DNA of 64,000 nucleotides from Anthoceros angustus (Eukaryota > Plantae > Anthocerotophyta). The stretch lies in assembly GCA_010909165.1 (NCBI GenBank), contig MU008171.1:496001-560000 (forward strand). The letters run 5' to 3'. This document shows, piece after piece, positions 1-12,289 of the stretch. The translations under genes were made by a program, and so were the position numbers. Under the pieces are notes generated by a model. That model ran no database searches, was not told the origin of the DNA, and worked only from the letters and a program-made list of their open reading frames with translations. The number at the start of each line of letters is the position of its first letter. The first letter of the stretch is position 1.

Positions 1-31
1 AGACCCATCTTCCGAGAGCGGTCCCTGAACG

Positions 32-3000
32 ATGGCCACAGTTGGGCAACCGGACCCGTTGTGGAGTACACAAATTGGTCTGCATACAGGGATTGTACGA
101 GGAGCTCCCGGGCACCTCATCTCAGGGAGTGAACCCCTGGCAAACAAAGCCTCCAGGTGCAGCAGTGTAAGGAGCGCAGCACTTCAACTTCCGAGAAAAT
201 GTGTGGTTGGGGACGGGTTTTCCAGCCATGGTCGTTACCAGGAGCAGGAGCACTTGTGGCAACAATTATTTCTGGACCCGACGATGTGGTGGGACAACAG
301 ACGAGATAAGAAGAGCTCCCGTTCGCCTGACTTCCGGCGTAAGGGGTCCGGCGAGGTCCTGTGGTTAAACAACATGTTTAAGCCAGCTTGGGTTGATGAG
401 CAGCTCGTTTCCTTGGATATGCAGATGGGTCATGGTGCCTCTCCTTCCAAGTCGAGCTCTCCGGATAATCCTGAACCTGGAAGGCGTGCGGAATCGGAAA
501 TGGGAATGGGATTCAGGTGCAGCAGTGTGAGGAGCCCACTTCCCCTTCCGAGAAACTGTGTGGGTGGGGACGGGTTTTCCAACGATGGTCGTCGCCAGGA
601 GCAGGAGCACTTGTGGCAACAATTTTTTCTGGAGCCTACCATGTGGTGGGACAACAGACGAGATAAGAAGAGCTCCCGTTCGCCTGACTTCCGGCGTAAG
701 GGGTCCGGCGAGGTCCTGTGGTTGAACAGCATGTTTAAGCCAGCTTGGGTTGATGAACAGCTCGTGTCCTGGGATATGCAGATGGGTCATGGTGCTTCTC
801 CTTCTGAGTCCAGCTTTCCGGATAAGCCTGAACCTGGCAGGTGTGCAGGAGCGGAAACGGGCGTCGTTACGGCTGTAACCGTGAGCACGTTATGTCAGCA
901 GGGGAAGCTATGTGAGGCCGTTGGAGCCCTGGAATCTCTGGCACAGACAGACTCGGCTATTTCTCCTTCTCTGTTTTGCACTGTGCTGAAGCTGTGTACG
1001 GCTACGAAGGACTTGGTGGTGGGGCGACGAGTTCATGATCGCATTGTCAAACTTGGGTACGCGTCGGATGCTTACCTGGGGAACCATATCTTGCGCATGT
1101 ATGCATGTGGGGGTAGGCTAGAGGAGGCAATGGATGTGTTCACCAGGATAGGCAAACCAGATGTTATCACGTGGGGTTCCATCATCTCCGCGCATGCTAA
1201 ACATGGGAAACCCAAGGAGGCAATAAAATTGTACCATGAGATGCGTAGTTCAGGAGTGAAGGCGAATGGCCATGTCTTTGTAGCTGCCCTTCAAGCTTGT
1301 GCCTCGGCCGCCGACTTGGAATCTGGCAAAAAAGTGCACTGTGATGTGTTGCACAGTGACATTCCCACTAACCTGTTTGTTGGCAACTGCTTGGTGGACA
1401 TGTATGCAAAATGTGGCGAAATGAAGAATGCACGCCAGGTTTTTGACACCATGGCCACAAAGGATGTGGTGACATGGAATGCCCTGATATCTGGGTATGC
1501 AAAATGCGGTGAACTGAAAGATGCACAGCAGGTTTTCGACGACATGAACACAAAGAATGTGGTGTCATGGAATGCCCTGATAGCTGGGTATGCCGAGCAA
1601 GGTCTCGGACATGAGGCACTCGTTCTGTATGGACAAATGGAGCAGGATGGCCTCATTTTGGCTGACCATGTGACTTTTGCTTGCCTTCTAAAGGCCTGTG
1701 CAAGCACTGTTGCCTTACAGAAGGGCAGGCAGCTACACTCACTGATTGTCGAAAGAGGACTGCTGGATAATGTAGTGTTGGGCAACTGCCTGGTGGACAT
1801 GTATGCAAAATGTGGTGAACTGGAAGATGCACGCCAGGTTTTTGACAGCATGAACTCAAAGAATGTGGTGACGTGGAATGCCCTGATATCTGGGTATGCC
1901 AAATCTGGTGAACTGGAAGATGCACGCCAGGTTTTTGACAGCATGGCCACAAAGGATGTGGTAACATGGACGTCGCTGATTGCTGGGTATGCACAGCAAG
2001 GACTCGGCCAAGAGGCGCTTCTTGTGTTTGAACAAATGGAACAAGAAGGCCTCATTTTGGCCAACCATTTTACTTTTTCTTGCCTTCTGAAGGCCTGTGC
2101 AAGCACAGGTGCCTTACACAAGGGCAGGCAGCTGCACTCACAGATTGTGGAAAGAGGACTCTTGGATAACGTAGTGTTGGGCAACTGCCTGGTGGACATG
2201 TATGCAAAATGCGGTGAACTGGAAGGTGCACGCCAGGTTTTTGACAGCATGAACACAAAGGATGTGGTGACATGGACCGCCCTGATATCTGGGTACGGTT
2301 CTTGTGATGATGGTCACAAGGCACTAGCTTGTTTTGAAGAGATGTTAATTGCCGGTATTCAGCCTAATGATGCTACGTTCACTTGCCTGTTAGTAGCATG
2401 CAGTCACGAGGGGCTGGTCCACGAGGGTCGCAAGCACTTTGATTCCATGGCTCAACAGCATGGCATCAAGCCTACTCTTGAGCATTACAATTGCATGATT
2501 GATCTTCTTGGGCGTGCCGGCCATTTAGATGAGGCAGAGAAGATGCTACTATCATGCGAGGGTCAGAGCAACGTTGTGGGATTGACTTCTTTGTTGAATG
2601 CCTGCAAAACTCACGGGAACATAGAGAGGGCGATGTGGTGTTTTGAAAGCATTGTTAGGCTGGACCCTCAGGAGTCGGCCGCATATGTGCTCATGGCCAA
2701 TGCCTACGCAGATGCAGGTATGTGGGCCGATGTAGACAGGATTGAAACACAGAGAATGGTAGCAGGGGCGAACAAGTTACCGGCAGTGGCAAGCATTGAG
2801 GTGAATAAGCACGTACATCAATTTCTGGTGGGAGAAAGAAGAGGTGACATTGCTCTAAAGGTGGAGAGCACGAATGCACGTTTGAAGCAGGAAGGAGGCC
2901 ACGTTCCTCACACAAAGTTGGTGTTGAAGCCAGTGTGTGAGAAGGAAAAGGAAGATGTGCTTTGTGGGCATGCTGAGAAGCTAGCTCTGGCGTTTGGTCT

Positions 3001-3177
3001 CTTGAACACTCCAGTGGGACACCTCTGGTGGTAACGAAGAATCTACGCATGTGCAGTGACTGCCACAGTTCCACGGAGATCATGTCAAGGCTGGAACAGA
3101 GAGACATTGTTGTAAGGGATGGGTACCGTGTACATCGATTCGCAGCTGGTTGTTGCAGTTGTAAGGGTCGACCGTGA
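32..3177 (+). CDS. PLS-class PPR protein with two N-terminal OSB-type PDF motifs and a C-terminal E/DYW:KP (GRP-type) deaminase domain; apparent 1-nt frameshift at about 3012
   Basis: 1000-aa ORF with P/L/S/SS repeats (e.g. GNCLVDMYAKCGELEDARQVFD), E domain and CGHAEKLALAFGL. The shifted frame continues TPLVVTKNLRMCSDCH...CSCKGRP* (TGA 3175-3177). Paralogous copies read ccgagtggg where this one reads ccagtggg. Two LWQQxFLxPTMWWDNRRDKKSSRSPDFRRKGSGEVLWL modules lie at about 242-410 and 596-770. Confidence 0.93.
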
Positions 3178-3499
3178 GAACATGAAGAACCAAGTGGCTT
3201 GCGACCTGGCTGGGTCACGGAACCGGGCGAGCTCACCTGCGAGGGACGGGCAGCTGTAGGAGATCAGGGATCGGAGTTGCTGGCCTGGAATTTGGCTCAG
3301 ATCTGGCTTAATCGGCTCTGGCATTGCCGGATTGAGCTTGGAGCTGTGGCAGGGAGCGCCCGAGGAGGTCGAGCTGGGGAGGCACTAACCCGCCAATCCT
3401 TACGAGTATGTCATCCACAACTAAGTTCCTCCATTCCTTGCACACGGCTCTTAGGGTGGCGCTTAGGGTTGTGGGATTTACTGATTCTCCCACTCGATG

Positions 3500-3900
3500 A
3501 TCTATCTGGTGGATAACATTCTCGTGGGCATTGGCGGTCATGTGTGCAAAATATGGTGACCTGGAAGACTCCGGATATTTGACTGCACCACAACAATGTT
3601 ATGCACGCTCATACACAGCTGGATATGCAAATTATGGCCTCGGCGAAGCAGATGTATGAGAGATTGTGGCTGACGACGTTAGCCTTCCCTTGCCTTCTGA
3701 TGGCGTGTGCAAGTGGGTGAGGCCAAGCAGCTGCCCTCACAGGTTGTGAAAGGGGTCACCAAGAACATATTTGTGGGCACATGGCCTGGTGGACATGTGT
3801 GTAACGTGTACCGAGCTGGACGATGCGCGCTGGGTTTTGTTTCTGCATGGCCACAAGAATGAGACCAGCGGTATGCATTGGTTGAAGTGAACGCAAAGCT
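3500..3900 (+). pseudogene. Degenerate PPR repeat relic
   Basis: Frameshifted remnants such as DNILVG..MCAKYGDLED and GLVDMC...ELDDARWV. Duplicated at about 5180-5560. Confidence 0.7.
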
Positions 3901-4512
3901 GGTTTCCATGTCATGACAGTTGGCTTCCGATCAAAGTTTGGATCAGCAAACAGACCCCAAATTTTGAGACAGAATCACTCAGCAGTCAGGGCCCTGCAAC
4001 CCTGTATGTGAGATACCCGTCACTGGTAGAGACGGTGACAATTTGACCGGACAAAATTGCCCTATTGCTGTCGTCGGACAAACTGACGTGACAGCCAGGG
4101 CCTATGTCACAAGTACAGGCAGCTTGCTACTGTCCATTATTTTGTGGAGACTTGCGTGGTAACATCTGGGTCCTGCTTGTCCATGTTTTGTGCCATCGAA
4201 TTGTGTAGATAAAGGGGTTGTCGATGTGTCAAAAATTTAGGTTGCTGATTGTTGGTCTTGCCTTGATCACGTCTAGTCTGATCCTTCATGTCGCAGGTGA
4301 ACATTTTGCACTATTCATCCAAAAAGCTAGTACACATCATGCACACTAAACGACATCTGATAAATCGGTGCCCCATTCCAGATCCCTCAACAGTCCTGCA
4401 CCCCCTACTGCTGCAACGGGTCACCTTAAATATCTTAGGAGAGCCTTGTGGGCACTATTTTTAAGTATCGCATTACTAGCCTCACTTGTGAAACATCGTT
4501 GGTATCTCTTTG

Positions 4513-4893
4513 GCATTGAGGTGAATAAGCAGGTACATAGATTTCTGGTGGGAGAAAGAAGAGGATATTGCTCAAGGTAGAGAGCACGAATGCACGTCTG
4601 AAGCAGGAAGGAGGCCACGTACCTCACACAAAGTTGGTGTTGAAGCCACTGTGTGAGAAGGAAAAGGAAGATGTGCTTTGTGGGCATGCTGAGAAGCTAG
4701 CTCTGGCGTTTGGTCTCTTGAACACTCCGAGTGGGACACCTCTGGTGGTAACGAAGAATCTACGCATGTGCAGTGACTGCCACAGTTCCACGGAGATCAT
4801 GTCAAGGCTTGAACAGAGACATTGTTGTAAGGGATGGGTACCGTGTGCATCGATTCGCAGCTGGTTGTTGCAGTTGTAAGGGGTCGACCGTGA
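4513..4893 (+). pseudogene. Orphan duplicated DYW:KP domain without PPR tract, frameshifted
   Basis: IEVNKQVHRFLVG..KVESTNARLKQEGGHVPHTKLVLKPLCEKEKEDVLCGHAEKLALAFGLLNTPSGTPLVVTKNLRMCSDCH. The GRP end is recoverable after indels. Confidence 0.85.
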
Positions 4894-6457
4894 GAACATG
4901 AAGAACCAAGTGGTGCGACCTGGCGGGTCACGGAACAGACAAGCTCACCTGCGAGGACGGGCAGCTAGAGATCAGGATCTTCAGCCTGGAATTTGGCTCA
5001 GATCTGGCTTAATCGCTCTGGCATTGCCGGATTGAGCTTGGAGCTGTGGAGCGCCCAGGAGGTCGAGCTGGGGAGGCACTAACCGCCAATCCTTCAGTAT
5101 TCATCAACTGTTCTCCATTCCTTGCACATCTAGGGTGGCGCTTAGGGTTGTGGGGACTGATTCTCCCTAGATCTATCTGGTGGATAACATTCTCGTGGGC
5201 ATTGGCGGTCATGTGTGCAAAATATGGTGACCTGGAAGACTCCGGATATTTGACTGCTTGGCCAACAACAATGTGGTAACATGCACGCCCCTCATACACA
5301 GCTGGATATGCAAATTATGGCCTCGGCCAAGAAGCAGTTGCCCTGTATGAGAGATTGTGGCTGACGACGTTAGCCTTCCCTTGCCTTCTGATGGCGTGTG
5401 CAAGTGGGTGAGGCCAAGCAGCTGCCCTCACAGGTTGTGAAAGGGTCACCAGGATTTGTGGGCACATGGCCTGGTGGACATGTGTAATGTAGAGCTGGAC
5501 GATGCGCGCTGGGTTTTGTTTCTGCATGGCCACAGAATGGACAAGTATGCATTGGTTGAAGTGAACAAAGCTGGTTTCCATGTCATGACAGTTGGCTTGA
5601 TCAAAGTTTGGATCAGCAAACAGACCCCAAATTTTGAGACAGAATCACTCAGCAGTCAGGGCCTGCAACTGTATGTGAGATACCTCTGTAGAGACGGTGA
5701 CAATTTGACCGGACAAAATTGCCCTATTGCTGTCGTCGGACAAACTGACGTGACAGCCAGGGCCTATGTCCCAGTACAGGCAGCTTGCTACTGTCCATTA
5801 TTTTGTGGAACTTGCGTGGTAACATCTGGGTCCTGCTTGTCCATGTGCATCGCTGCGAATAAATTGTCGATGTATTATTTAGGTTGCTGATTGTTGGTCT
5901 TGCCTTGATCACGTCTAGTCTGATCCTTCATGTCGCAGGTGAACATTTTGCGTATTCACAAAAATAGTACACATCATGCATACGACATCTGATAAATCTG
6001 TGATCCTCAACAGTCCTGCACCCCCTACTGCTGCAACGGGTCACCTTAAATATCTTAGGAGAGCCTTGTGGGCACTATTTTTAAGTATCGCATTACTAGC
6101 CTCACTTGTGAAACATCGTTGGTATCTCTTTGGCATTGAGGTTAGTTGCTCCTTCTTCCTCTTTGGCATCCATTGCCGGGATTTTGATGGCAACCCATAT
6201 GTTCGTGATGAATTCCACCTTACAATTTACGTAAGCCTTGCATTTTTCCTTTCACACTACCGTAGTCGATACACCTATAGCTGTCTTATATTGCTGTTTC
6301 ATGCACGTAGTTGCAAATGCAGTCTTGCCTGCATTCGAGCCCTCCGGGTTCGGGCTTATCGGCACCAGCCCGTAGGTATGGTGTGGTCATACACAGTACC
6401 TGGGCATTCTGCCATAGTCTGTTGTTAGACTCATCTTCCGATCGTGGTTCCTGAACG

Positions 6458-9400
6458 ATGGCCACAGTATGGCAACCGGACCCGTTGTGGACCCAACAGA
6501 TTGGTGTGTGTACAGGGATTCAACTAGGAGCTCCCGCTCACCTTGCTTTGTGTAGTCAACCCCTGGCAAACAAAGCCTCCAGGTGCAGCGGTGTAAGAAG
6601 CCCAGCATTTCCACTTCTGAGAAAATGTGTGGATGGGGACGGGGTTTCCAGCGATGGTCGTTGCCAGGAGCAGGAGCACCTGTGGCAACAATTTTTTCTG
6701 GACCCTAGCATGTGGTGGGACAACAGACGAGACAAGAAGAGCTCCCGTTCGCCTGACTTCCGGCGTAAGGGGTCTGGCGAGGTGTTGTGGTTGGACAACA
6801 TGTTTAAGCCAGCTTGGGTTGATGAGCAGCTCGTTTCCTTGGATATGCAGATGGGTTATGGTTCCTCTCCTTCCAAGTCCAGCTCGCCGGATAAGCCTGA
6901 ACCTGACAGGCATGCAGACTCGGAAATGGGCTCCAGGACCAGCAGTGTAAGGAGCCCAGCACTTCCACTTCCGAGGATATGTGTGGGTGGCGACGGGTTC
7001 CCCAACGATGGTCGTCGCCAGGAGCAGTTGTGGCAACAATTTTTCTGGACCTACCATGTGGTGGGACAACAGACGAGATAAGAAGAGCTCCGTTGCCTGA
7101 CTTCCGGCGTAAGGGTCCGGCGAGGTCCTGTGGTTACAACATGTTTAAGCCAGCTTGGGTTGATGAGCAGCTCGTTTCCTTGGATATGCAGATGGGTTAT
7201 GGTTCCTCTCCTTCCAAGTCCAGCTCGCCGGATAAGCCTGAACCTGACAGGCATGCAGACTCGGAAATGGGCTCCAGGACCAGCAGTGTAAGGAGCCCAG
7301 CACTTCCACTTCCGAGGATATGTGTGGGTGGCGACGGGTTCCCCAACGATGGTCGTCGCCAGGAGCAGGAGCAGTTGTGGCAACAATTTTTTCTGGAGCC
7401 TACCATGTGGTGGGACAACAGACGAGATAAGAAAAGCTCCAGTTGGCCTGACTTCCGGCGTAAGGGGTCCGGCGAGCTGCTGTGGTTAAACAACATGTTC
7501 AAGCCAGCTTGGGTTGATGAGCAGCTCGTTTCCTTGGATATGCAGATGGTGCCTCTCCTTCCAAGTCCAGCTCCGGATAAGCCTGAACCTCGCAGGCGTG
7601 CAGGATCGGACATGGGCGTCGTTACGGCTGTAAACGTGAGCACGTTATGTCAGCAGGGGAAGCTTTGTGAGGCCGTTGGAGCCCTGGAATCTCTGGCGCA
7701 GACAGGCTCTGCTATTTCTCCCTCGCTGTTTTGCACTGTGCTGAAACTGTGTACAGCTAAGAAGGATTTGGTGGTGGGGCGACGAGTTCATGACCTCACT
7801 GTCAAACTTGGGTACGAGTCGAATGCATACCTGGGGAACCATATCTTGCGCATGTATGCATGTGGAGGTAGGCTGAGGAGGCCATGGATGTGTTCACCAG
7901 GTGGCAAACCAGATGCCTTCATGTGGTTTTCCATAATCTCTGCATATGCTAAGCATGGAAACGGGAGGCCATACATCTGTACTATGACATGCGAAGGTCA
8001 GGAGTGAAGGCGGATGCCCACGTCTTTGTAGCTGCCCTTCAAGCCTGTGCATTTGCCGCCGACTTAGAGGCTGGCAAAAAAGTGCACTGTGATCTATTGC
8101 ACAGTGGCTTTCCTCCTGACTTGTTTGTTAGCACCTGCCTGGTGGACATGTATGCGAAATGTGGCAATTTAAAAGATGCACGCCATGTTTTTGACACCAT
8201 GGCCACAAAGGACATGGTGACATGGAATGCCCTGATGGAAAATGTGGTGAACTGAAGATGCCAGGTTTTTGACAGCATGGCCACAAAGGATGTGGTGACA
8301 TGGAATGCCCTGATTGCTGGGTATGCAAGGGCTCGGACATGAGGCGCTTGTTCTGTATGGACAAATGGAGCAGGAGGGGCCTGATTTTGGCTGACCATGT
8401 TACTTTTGCTTGCCTTCTGAAGGCCTGTGCAAGCACTGGTGCCTTACAGAAGGGCAGGCAGCTGCACTCACTGATTGTGAAGAGGACTGCTGGATAATGT
8501 TGTGGCAACTGCCTGGTGGACATGTATGCAAAATGTGGTGAACTGGAAGATGCACGCCAGGTTTTTGACAGCTTGGCCAAAGGATGTGGTGACATGGAAT
8601 GCTGATTGCTGGGTATGCACAGCAAGGACTCGCCAAGAGGCGCTTGTTCTGTATGGACAAATGGAGGAAGGGGGCCTCATATTGGCTGACAATTTTACTT
8701 ATGCTTGCCTCCTAAAGGCCTGTGGAAGCACTGGTGCCTTACAGAAGGGCAGGCAACTGCACTCACTGATTGTCGAAAGAGGTATGCTGGATGACGTAGT
8801 GGTGGGGACCTGCCTGGTGGACATGTATGGAAAATGTGATGAAATGGAAGATGCACGCCAGGTTTTTGACAGCTTGGCCACAAAGAATGTGGTGACATGG
8901 AATGCCCTGATTGCTGGGTATGCACAGCAAGGACTCGGCCAAGAGGCGCTTGTTGTATGGACAAATGGAGGAGGCGGGCCTCATTTTGGCTGACCATGTT
9001 ACTTTTGCTTGCCTTCTGAAGGCCTGTGGAAGCACTGGTGCCTTACAGAAGGGCAGGCAGCTGCACTCACAGATTGTCGAAAGAGGACTGCTGGATAACG
9101 TAGTGTTGGGCACCTGCCTGGTGGACATGTATGCAAAATGTGGTGAACTGGAAGATGCACGCCAAGTTTTTGACAGCATGGCACAAAGGATGTGGTGACA
9201 TGGACGGCCCTGATATCTGGGTATGGTACTTGCGATGATGGTCACAAGGCACTAGCTTGTTTTGAGGAGATGTTAGTTGCCGGTATTCAGCCTAATGACG
9301 CTACTTTTACTTGCCTTTTAGTAGCTTGCAGTCATGAGGGACTGGTCCTTGAGGGTCGCAAGCACTTTGATTCCATGGCTGAACAGCATGGCGTCAAACC

Positions 9401-10106
9401 TACTCTTGAGCACTACAATTGCATGATTGATCTTCTTGGGCGTGCAGGCCATTTAGTTGAGGCTGAGAAGATGCTGTTGTCATATGAGGGCCAAAGTAAT
9501 GTCGTGGGATTGACGTCTTTGTTGAATGCCTGCAAAAGTCACGGGGACATAGAGAGGGCTGTGTGGTGTTTTGAAAGCATTATTAGGCTGGACCCTCAAA
9601 GTGCATCTGCGTATGTACTCATGGCCAATGCCTACGCAGATGCAGGTAGGTGGGCCGATGTAGACAGGATTGAAACCCAGAGATTGGTAGCAGGAGCTAA
9701 CAAGAAACCTGCGGTAGCAACCATCGAGGTGAATAAGCAGGTACATGGATTTCTGGTGGGAGGAAAAGGAGAGGACATTGCGCTCAAGGTGGAGAGCACA
9801 AATGCACGTCTGAAGCAGGAAGGAGGCCACGTACCTCACACAAAGTTGGTGTTGAAGCCAGTGTGTGAGAAGGAAAAGGAAGATGTGCTTTGTGGGCATG
9901 CCGAGAAGCTAGCTCTGGCGTTTGGTCTATTGAACACTCCGAGTGGGACACCTCTGGTGGTAACGAAGAATCTACGCATGTGTAGTGACTGCCACAGTTC
10001 CACGGAGATCATGTCAAGGCTGGAACAGAGAGACATTGTTGTAAGGGATGGCTACCGTGTACATCGATTCGCAGCTGGTTGTTGCAGTTGTAAGAATAGA
10101 CCATGA
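6458..10106 (+). CDS. Second PDF-motif PPR-DYW:KP protein (three PDF modules, C-terminus NRP); several frameshifts between about 7030 and 9190 (pseudogene or assembly error)
   Basis: Start is homologous to gene 1 (MATVWQPDPLW). PPR repeats are split over several frames. ORF 9192-10106 is intact, with ANKKPAVATIEV, CGHAEKLA, RMCSDCH and CSCKNRP*. Confidence 0.88.
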
Positions 10107-10218
10107 GAAAAATGAATAACTACCCACAGAATTTTGCTTCCTTGTGATTGGGTTTGGGGCTTTAGCCAATGGGGTTTGAACCGTGCCTCCTCTCCGTGGT
10201 CGAAGTGACACATGGACA

Positions 10219-10584
10219 GTTAGCACAGAAGTGAGCTTTGTGAAAGGAGGCTGACTGTCAGCATCGAAGTTAGCTTTGTAACTGAGGCTGACTGTTAGCA
10301 TAGACGTTAGCTTTGTAACATGAGGTCGACATGTTAGCATAGAAAGTTTTGTGACATGTTAGCATAGAAAGTTTTGTGACATGTTAGCACAGAAGTTAGC
10401 TTTGTGAAAGGAGGCTAACTGTCAGCATAGAAGTTAGGCTGACTGTTAGCATAGAAAAGTTAGACTGGCTGTTAGCATAGAAGTTAGGCTGACTGGTAGC
10501 ATAGAAGTTAGGCTGACTGGTAGCATAGAAGTTAGGCTGACTGGTAGCATAGAAGTTAGGTTGACTGTAAGCATGGAAGTGAGC
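10219..10584. repeat. Minisatellite, about 24-bp unit (TAGCATAGAAGTTAGGCTGACTG[G/T]) with variants
   Basis: Directly visible tandem copies, purest at 10475-10570. Confidence 0.9.
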
Positions 10585-11070
10585 GTTGTTGTAGGAGGGT
10601 AATTATGCCTCACATAGGGATTATGCTTCACATTGGATGGCTTCTATGTTGTGATAGGAGGGTAATTATAATTATAAACCCTAAACCCTAATTGTACCTC
10701 ATAGGATGCCTTCTATGTTTGTGTTCAGATCTAGCCGGATTTGAATTTTTTTATAAATTTTTAATATTGGGCAATGGTTTGGTGGCAATATTAATCCTTG
10801 AATGTACAAAATCTCAATTTAAGACTTTAGGCCTACATTTGAGATTGTAGATAAATCTTGGTAGCTGATTAATTTGATGTTTTTGTGCAGTTTTGTGCCG
10901 TTGGACATGCTCTGTCAACCATGTGCACTGCCAAAAACTTGGACAAGTGTAAGTGTAAAGAATCTCATGATATTGTTGATAGAAGCATTGCGGCATGGGC
11001 CATGCCGACCCAACCATGGCCACATGGGTTACAACGTCAAGAGAGAATGTGGAGATTTTATAAAAAAACG

Positions 11071-11480
11071 AGATGGGAAATCCCATCTACCCCGAGGCGA
11101 AAGGGGACAACCCACGACGGGCACCAAAGTTAGGGTGGGGAGCGGGGAGGCGGGCGGGTGGGTGCCTTGAGGGGGCGTGACCACTGCTAATCTACCCTAT
11201 AACCCCCAATTTCCCCCAAGATATTGCCATCCAAGATAGGGAAGGGCCTACTTACTACTGGTGTCGTTGATGCCGCGTCTCGAGCACTCGTGATTGTCCT
11301 AAAGATGGCGCTAGCCAACGCCCTTTGTAGGGCGATGGAAACCCATTGCTTGAAATATGCCATGACACTGGAAAGGGGGAGGCCAACCCCACTATCGTTT
11401 GTGGTAGGCCTTTGCGCACTCCTTGATGAAACGAGAAAAAATCTCAGTACCCAAGACCCCATGGGTTTCAATGGCAAGGC
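11071..11480 (-). mobile_element. 5'-truncated 3' fragment of CRE-like (RLE) non-LTR retrotransposon
   Basis: Minus ORF ...MAYFKQWVSIALQRALASAIFR...VVSRPF matches the C-terminus at 15344-15560 (RQRVSIALQEALSTAIIHR...VVCRPF). Shared 3' hairpin AGATGGGA-TT-TCCCATCT. Confidence 0.75.
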
Positions 11481-12289
11481 CTTGACCCTACTTCCTGACC
11501 CTACTTGCTTAAAGAAGTAGGGTCAATAAGCACCGCAGGCACAAAATGGTCGCATATTTTGAGGGCCAGCTTGGCCAAACTCCCCGGCTAACATCCCCGA
11601 TGCTTAGACATAGATACCTTTCTCAAGGGTATGCCATTGCTGGACGATGTTACTCCTAAGTATGAATTTTGTACACAATATTTTCGTCCTACTATGTGTT
11701 GTGGTGAAAACGAATGAATTATCACAAACAAACACACGGCACAGAAGCATATAAGAGGAGGACATGTCATGCCATGTAGCTTCCCAAAGTGCCATGGACG
11801 GATCCCTCACCCGTTGCATAACTTCCCAATCTACATAAGAAGCGTATACAAGATCCGAGCAATCCTTGACCCGAGTACGATTGAGGATAGTAAGATATAG
11901 CCTTTCCCCAAACCAAAGAGATTCGCTAACGATTTCCTTTATGCTTTCTAAATATGCATAGCCGAAGGATATGCTTGCAAAGCCTTGGAAATCGTTTCAA
12001 GGAATACCGTCAGGTGAATGCGGGCAACAGATACTAATATCAGCAACGGAGAAGGTTCTTGCAGGGCTTATTGACCTAAAGGGCATGGATGATGATATCA
12101 GCCTCGGAAGAAATTTCACATCATCCAAGTGGCGATGCGAAACACCTTGGGTGCTCATCGTTCGAGGAGGTGCGGAAAGAGTATCCCCATCATGCAATGA
12201 TAGTGTGTCAGTACCAGTTTCAAACAGACGGCCGGAAAGGTGAGAAACACTTTCTATTCAATAGTTCTGGAGTTGGGTGTGTGGGCGTG

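Larger units (their letters stand above)
2793..6142 (+). repeat. Tandem duplication of about 1.7 kb (2793-4512 and 4513-6132) covering the DYW domain and downstream DNA
   Basis: Both units are colinear. GCATTGAGGT is present at 2793, 4513 and 6133 (junction microhomology). The second copy is about 100 bp shorter through scattered small deletions. Confidence 0.9.

Noticed and set aside
365-2324. Long minus-strand ORFs (e.g. 1291-2256) over the PPR genes
   Set aside because: Antisense shadows of repetitive PPR codon structure. The same peptides recur opposite every PPR copy.
6316-6460. Possible upstream exon and intron giving gene 2 a transit peptide
   Set aside because: Splicing AG|GTATGG to TTAG|ACTC gives a frame different from the main ORF, so it cannot be supported without transcripts.
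10676-10691. AAACCCTAAACCCTAA telomere-like sequence, as a possible target of telomere-specific CRE elements
   Set aside because: Only two units, and about 380 bp from the nearest CRE end, so there is no junction evidence.
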